IMG/VR virus record: IMGVR_UViG_3300030104_004245
Span: 1 to 64,000 of that record
Reading direction: 5' to 3' (one strand)
DNA: 64,000 nucleotides
Source: a virus
Made by a program: the position numbers and the translations under genes. The notes below the pieces were generated by a model. It did no database searches, was not told the origin of the DNA, and was given only the letters and a program-made list of their open reading frames with translations. Below are positions 59,305-64,000 of the stretch, in pieces (position 1 is the first letter of the stretch; each line of letters starts with the position of its first letter).

Positions 59305-60286
59305 AATTAAAGAAGGCTTGTTTTACAAGGAAGAGTTTAACTTCAGTTACTCTTCCTTAAACAGGTTATTATTTTCACCAAAACTTTTTTATAAAGATTA
59401 TATCCTTAAAGAAAGGGAAACCAAAATGGAAAAACATCTAATAGAAGGTAGGTTAATACACCTGCTACTATTAGAACCAAATAGGTTTGAAGAAGAATTT
59501 GTTATGTCACCATTAAAAATGCCAACAGATTCAGTCAAAAAAGTATTAAGAAATGTCAGCAGTAAAATTGTTGACCCAAATAATTATATGAAGTTAAAAG
59601 ATTTAGATGTTCAGATACTAGAAGCTTTAAAAGAAGAGAACTTGTATCAATCATTTAAGGAAGACCAAAAAAGATTAGATAAAATAATAACAGAAGAGAG
59701 TGAAGCGTATTTTAAATTCTTACAAACAACAGGTAAAACTATAATTGATGCAGATACATTTGCACGTTGTATGGATCGTGTTGTTATAATCCGGGCTAAT
59801 AATGAAGTAAATAACTTATTGATGGAAGAAGGCACTGATTGGGATTTAGATCATATTCAAGTATACAATGAAAAGAAATTAGAGTGTAAATTAAATAACT
59901 ATAAATTTGGATTAAAAGGTATAATAGATAAATATATAATAGATGATGAAGAAAAGACAATAACCATTGTAGATCTTAAAACAACAGCAAAACCATTAGA
60001 AAATTTTGCTGAAACAGTAGATTTTTACAATTATTGGTTACAAGCGGCTGTATATTCACTACTTGTCATGAAAAATGTTGATGAAAATCAACAAGATTAC
60101 AAAATTATTTTTAAATTTGTTGTGATAGACAAGTATGACCAGGTCTACGTCTTTCCTGTATCGGAAGAAACCTTACTAAAATGGACAAACGGATTAAGAG
60201 AAGCATTAACTGAAGCAAATTATCATTACAGTGAAAGAAAATATGAACTGCCATATGTATTTGCTAACGGTAATGTAACCTTATGA
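59288..60286 (+). CDS. PD-(D/E)xK exonuclease (RecE/DUF3799-like)
   Basis: FSYSSL, GRLIHLLLLEP, KGIIDK...IVDLKTT, YWLQAAVY. Start approximate. Confidence 0.8.
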   Translation: MIMQDKIKEGLFYKEEFNFSYSSLNRLLFSPKLFYKDYILKERETKMEKHLIEGRLIHLLLLEPNRFEEEFVMSPLKMPTDSVKKVLRNVSSKIVDPNNYMKLKDLDVQILEALKEENLYQSFKEDQKRLDKIITEESEAYFKFLQTTGKTIIDADTFARCMDRVVIIRANNEVNNLLMEEGTDWDLDHIQVYNEKKLECKLNNYKFGLKGIIDKYIIDDEEKTITIVDLKTTAKPLENFAETVDFYNYWLQAAVYSLLVMKNVDENQQDYKIIFKFVVIDKYDQVYVFPVSEETLLKWTNGLREALTEANYHYSERKYELPYVFANGNVTL

Positions 60287-60843
60287 AAAAAATTTATGCA
60301 GATTATTTCCAAAAGAGCAAAGTATTCTTATACCCTTTGATAGGAATAAAAAAGGGTGTAAGATTCGTGCCTATAGAAACATATATAGAGTGGGATCAAT
60401 TAAACAATCCTAATACTTTGTATTGTTTATACATGGTTCCTAAAAAAGAACAAGACAAAAAAGTATTTCAAGTATTTATTGAAATGCATGTAAAAAATAG
60501 AGAATTTTTTGATCAATATTTTTATTTAAATAATGATAAATATATTCTTTGTAGTTTTAATTTAAGTTTATTCAAAAAAGATTTAAAAAAATTTAGAAAT
60601 GGAAAGTATTCAGAATTTTCAGAATACACCAAAAATATTATTATTAAATTTTTTGGAAATAAAGGAACAATTTCTGAATATATTGAAAGTTATTTATATC
60701 CTGAATATTATCATGAAACATATTCTAAAATATTAAACATTGATGTAAGTGTTTTAAAAGAAGTAAATGAATTGTGTGATATACCAGATATAGCTAGAGA
60801 AACTTTTATAAAAGAATCAATTGAAATTAAATTATTTAAATAA
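60283..60843 (+). CDS. Hypothetical protein
   Basis: 186 aa; 'F.NGKYSEFS' motif. Confidence 0.6.
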   Translation: MKKIYADYFQKSKVFLYPLIGIKKGVRFVPIETYIEWDQLNNPNTLYCLYMVPKKEQDKKVFQVFIEMHVKNREFFDQYFYLNNDKYILCSFNLSLFKKDLKKFRNGKYSEFSEYTKNIIIKFFGNKGTISEYIESYLYPEYYHETYSKILNIDVSVLKEVNELCDIPDIARETFIKESIEIKLFK

Positions 60844-60849
60844 ATATTA

Positions 60850-60857
60850 TATATTTG
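60850..60857 (+). promoter_or_regulatory. -7 promoter element TATATTTG
   Basis: Intergenic, upstream of the ATG at 60880. Confidence 0.55.
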
Positions 60858-60879
60858 TGTTTTTAAAATATTATTAATT

Positions 60880-61317
60880 ATGAGTATAGGAAAAAATATG
60901 ATTATTGTAAATGCTCCAGATTTTCAGAGCATGGAAAAATCTTTTAAGTTAGTCCCTATAACAATGGACTGCCCTTATGTTGAATGTTTATTTTCAGCAA
61001 AAGATAAAGTTTTAGCTGTTATAAGTAAGACTATGAAACAAACTTATCACATGGTCCCTAAGTTAGATGACAATGGAGATCAAGTACCTGTTAAAGGTAA
61101 AAGGCCTGGAAACAAGCCACCATACAAAGAAGAGAGGAGATTAGTAGATACATTTTCAGAATTCTACTTAATGACTCCTGAAGAAATTAATGGATTTATT
61201 GAATCATTTGCAGTTAATGCAAAAGAATTTGATTATAAGTCTTTTACACAACCAAAAGAAGACAAAGAAAAAATCATTCAAATGAAAAAACCTGATTTAG
61301 TAACTAAACCAGAATAA
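60880..61317 (+). CDS. Hypothetical protein
   Basis: 145 aa with its own promoter and terminator. Confidence 0.65.
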   Translation: MSIGKNMIIVNAPDFQSMEKSFKLVPITMDCPYVECLFSAKDKVLAVISKTMKQTYHMVPKLDDNGDQVPVKGKRPGNKPPYKEERRLVDTFSEFYLMTPEEINGFIESFAVNAKEFDYKSFTQPKEDKEKIIQMKKPDLVTKPE

Positions 61318-61380
61318 GTTTGGTCAACTATAATGACTTTGTTTTGAGTGGGCCTTAGATCAGCCTTAATGATCTTTTCT

Positions 61381-61417
61381 AAGGGAGCTGGTTTGTGTGA
61401 CAGCTCCCTTTTTTTTT
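61381..61417 (+). terminator. Rho-independent terminator directly upstream of the DNA polymerase
   Basis: AAGGGAGCTG-N10-CAGCTCCCTT-TTTTTTT. Confidence 0.8.
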
Positions 61418-61429
61418 AAATTAAATTAT

Positions 61430-63334
61430 ATGAATCACTGGGTAATGGATTATGAAACATTATCTAATTGTTTTGTGGGCGTATTTACACATTACAAAAC
61501 TGAAGAGACTAAGATCTTTTCAATATGTAAACTGCAGAATGATTTTGATAAGTTCATAGAATTCTTAAAAGAAAACATACGGAATAAAGAGTGGCATATA
61601 TCCTACAACGGATTGGCATTTGATGCACAGATCACTCATTATATAATAAAAGAATATGGGAATTTAAAACTCATGGATGGAGAAGAAATTGCTCAAGAGA
61701 TTTATGGTTGTGCACAAAAATGCATAGAAAAAAGTAATGCTCATGAATTTCAAGAGTTTCCTGAGTGGCATATGTCTATCAAACAAATAGATGTATTTAA
61801 ATTAAACCATTGGGATAACATGGCTAAGAGATCTAGTCTTAAATGGATAGAATATACTATGGACTGGGATAATATTTTAGATATGCCTATACATCATGAA
61901 ACATTAATAGAAACTCAAGGTCAATTAGACCTTGTTATTGAATACTGTATTAATGATGTAGAAGCAACTAAAGAGATCTTTAATAGATGTAAACCTTTAA
62001 TAGCATTAAGAAAGAACTTAACTGAAAAATATAATATTAACTTGTTTAGTGCATCTGAACCAAGAATAAGTAAAGAGATCTTTGCTTACTATCTTAGTAA
62101 AGAGCTAGACATGCCAAAATATGAAGTTAAAAAATTAAGAACTTTTAGAAATGTAATTAAAGTAAATGATCTTATACTAGACTATATTAAATTTGAGACA
62201 CCTGAATTTAAAACTTTATTAGAAAAGTTTAGGACAGTAGAAGTAAATCCTAATTACACTAAAGGAGGGTTTAAATCTTCTGTAAAATATAAAGGTGTAA
62301 AAACTGATTTCGGATTAGGTGGTGCCCATGGTGCTACTAAAGCTGGAGTGTATGAGTCTGATAATGAGAAAGTTATAATGTCTTCAGATGTTACTAGCTT
62401 TTATCCTAATTTAGCTATTGTTAATCAATATGCACCGGCTCATATACCTAAAGAAAAGTTTTGTGAATTATATAAATGGTTCTTTGATGAAAGAAAGAAA
62501 ATACCAAAGAGTGATCCAATGAACTATGTATATAAAATTATCTTAAACTCAACTTACGGGTTAAGTAATGATAAGAACTCTTTTCTATATGATCCACAGT
62601 TTACTATGTTTATTACAGTTAATGGTCAACTTACATTAATGATGTTGTATGAGATGATTATGACCAGAATACCAGATGCTGTTGCTTTAATGCAAAATAC
62701 TGATGGTGTTGAAACCATCATACCAAAAGAATATGTTAATACATATATGGAGGTATGTAAAGAATGGGAACAAATAACCGGTCTTAATCTTGAACATGAT
62801 CAATATAGTAAACTAGTATTAGCTGATGTCAATAATTATATAGCTGTTGACACTAATGGTAAAGCTAAATGTAAAGGTAGATTTGAATATGACGGGTTAG
62901 CTCTTCATAAAAACAAGTCTAAACTGATCATTCCAAAAGCATTGTATGCGTACTTTGTTGATGGAACTTTACCAGAATATACATTAAAACATAATAGAAA
63001 TATTCTTGATTATTGTATAGGAGCTAAATCTAAAGGTGCATGGAGGCAACATGCTATATATGTTAAAGATAAAATTGCACAAAAAGATGAACTTCAAAAA
63101 ATTAATAGATATTATATTTCAAATAAAGGTTGTAAAATTGTTAAGATAAATAAGAATGATCAAAGAGAAATACAGTTAGAATCTGGGCAATGGGTTCAAA
63201 CTGTAATGAATAAGATAGAAGATAAAAAATGGTCAGACTATGACATTAACGAGAAATATTATCTTAATGCAATTGAGAAAGAAATAAATAACATAATTGG
63301 TGTAAAAAACAACCAATTGTTATTGTTTCAATAA
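61430..63334 (+). CDS. Family B DNA polymerase with 3'-5' exonuclease
   Basis: Exo DYET, YNGLAFD, YCINDV; PolB DVTSFYPN, KIILNSTYG, NTDG. ATG at 61430 (the GTG extension runs through the terminator). Confidence 0.9.
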   Translation: MNHWVMDYETLSNCFVGVFTHYKTEETKIFSICKLQNDFDKFIEFLKENIRNKEWHISYNGLAFDAQITHYIIKEYGNLKLMDGEEIAQEIYGCAQKCIEKSNAHEFQEFPEWHMSIKQIDVFKLNHWDNMAKRSSLKWIEYTMDWDNILDMPIHHETLIETQGQLDLVIEYCINDVEATKEIFNRCKPLIALRKNLTEKYNINLFSASEPRISKEIFAYYLSKELDMPKYEVKKLRTFRNVIKVNDLILDYIKFETPEFKTLLEKFRTVEVNPNYTKGGFKSSVKYKGVKTDFGLGGAHGATKAGVYESDNEKVIMSSDVTSFYPNLAIVNQYAPAHIPKEKFCELYKWFFDERKKIPKSDPMNYVYKIILNSTYGLSNDKNSFLYDPQFTMFITVNGQLTLMMLYEMIMTRIPDAVALMQNTDGVETIIPKEYVNTYMEVCKEWEQITGLNLEHDQYSKLVLADVNNYIAVDTNGKAKCKGRFEYDGLALHKNKSKLIIPKALYAYFVDGTLPEYTLKHNRNILDYCIGAKSKGAWRQHAIYVKDKIAQKDELQKINRYYISNKGCKIVKINKNDQREIQLESGQWVQTVMNKIEDKKWSDYDINEKYYLNAIEKEINNIIGVKNNQLLLFQ

Positions 63335-63344
63335 GTTTTATTAT

Positions 63345-63352
63345 TATATTTG
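63345..63352 (+). promoter_or_regulatory. -7 promoter element TATATTTG
   Basis: Intergenic, followed by a GC-rich leader hairpin (63362-63403). Confidence 0.55.
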
Positions 63353-63422
63353 TAATTAAGTCCAAGGGGGTCAAGGTTCCATTCGTGCATGGCCCCCCTC
63401 TGGCAATTTAAACCAATAAATT

Positions 63423-64000
63423 ATGGGATACACAAGACCAACAACTACTACAAGAGATATGTTAGTGGCAGCACCACTACCTAATCATGGAAAAACTTAC
63501 ACAGTTATTCCTCATAAAGATGTCATAGATGTTACTAAAACTCTATTAGGCAATAGCGGATTTACAATTACAAAAGAACTTTACAGAGCAAATATGAATG
63601 CTAAAGTAGCACAAGGAGTATATCACCTTGCTTCAGATCAAGATCCAGAAATGGGCATGATGTTTGCTTGGACCAACTCTTATGATAAAAGTACACGTTT
63701 TCAGTGTGCTGTAGGAGCTTTTGTAAATGTATGCAGCAATGGTATGTTATGTGGAGACATGGCAAATTACGCTAGAAAACATACAGGTAAAGCAGATCAT
63801 GATATTCATGCTCAAATAAGTTCACAAATTAAATCAGCTAATAAGTACTATACCAAGTTAATTGATGATAAGAATAATATGAGAAAAATATTCTTACCTA
63901 AGAAAAGTCAAGCTGAATTAGTGGGCAGATTATTTTTAGATGAAGAAATCATTGATGCATCACAGGTTTCTATTATTAAAGCAGAAATGAAAGATCCATC
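63423..64000 (+). CDS. DUF932-like protein (partial, runs off window)
   Basis: Hand translation MGYTRPTTTTRDMLVAAPLP...YTVIPH...NSYDKS...VCSNGM...RKHTG matches the DUF932 pattern. Confidence 0.7.
   Translation, partial: MGYTRPTTTTRDMLVAAPLPNHGKTYTVIPHKDVIDVTKTLLGNSGFTITKELYRANMNAKVAQGVYHLASDQDPEMGMMFAWTNSYDKSTRFQCAVGAFVNVCSNGMLCGDMANYARKHTGKADHDIHAQISSQIKSANKYYTKLIDDKNNMRKIFLPKKSQAELVGRLFLDEEIIDASQVSIIKAEMKDP

Noticed and set aside
59288-60286. Cas4 / CRISPR-associated nuclease
   Set aside because: No Fe-S cysteine cluster and no cas genes or array; fits a phage recombination exonuclease.
29155-63334. Inteins or self-splicing introns in TerL, DnaB, primase or PolB
   Set aside because: These ORFs are contiguous and of normal or short length, with no intein motifs or internal homing endonuclease.
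1-64000. Stop-codon reassignment (reported in some crAss-like phages)
   Set aside because: Long ORFs tile both blocks under the standard code, and TAG (portal) and TGA (HTH, helicase) serve as normal stops.

Overview
AT-rich segment of a crAss-like (Crassvirales-type) phage genome, most likely infecting a Bacteroidota/Flavobacteria host (TAnnTTTG-type promoters, A-rich translation starts, no obvious Shine-Dalgarno). It uses the standard genetic code. There are two divergent blocks. Minus strand (1-40.9 kb) is the virion/packaging module: TerL, portal, scaffold-like protein, major capsid protein, ring/adaptor proteins, a 2912-aa tail hub/muzzle protein with inserted vWA and lectin-like modules, Cys-rich tail proteins, tail fibre, endolysin/holin, GroES, IHF-like proteins and a cluster of small basic 'KGG' proteins. 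Plus strand (41.3-64 kb) is the early/replication module: SSB-like proteins, HNH, SF2 helicase, DnaA-C domain protein, DnaB, Sak4-like ATPase, primase, RusA, a vWA-metallopeptidase/AAA+ operon, PD-(D/E)xK exonuclease, family B DNA polymerase and a DUF932-like protein. No tRNA, CRISPR array, reverse transcriptase or RNA polymerase was seen. Top leads: (1) a 7-gene AAA+/vWA-peptidase operon in which three partner proteins share a helical motif; (2) a ~165-nt multi-junction candidate ncRNA after an SSB-like gene, plus hairpin-dense regions at 41.8-42.4 kb; (3) a di-glycine (xKGG) tag on small basic proteins and a cargo-type protein; (4) iteron/DnaA-box-like repeats near the strand switch; (5) a GATAGCTATA operator-like motif. 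All family assignments come from recognising motifs by eye; no database searches or folding programs were run.
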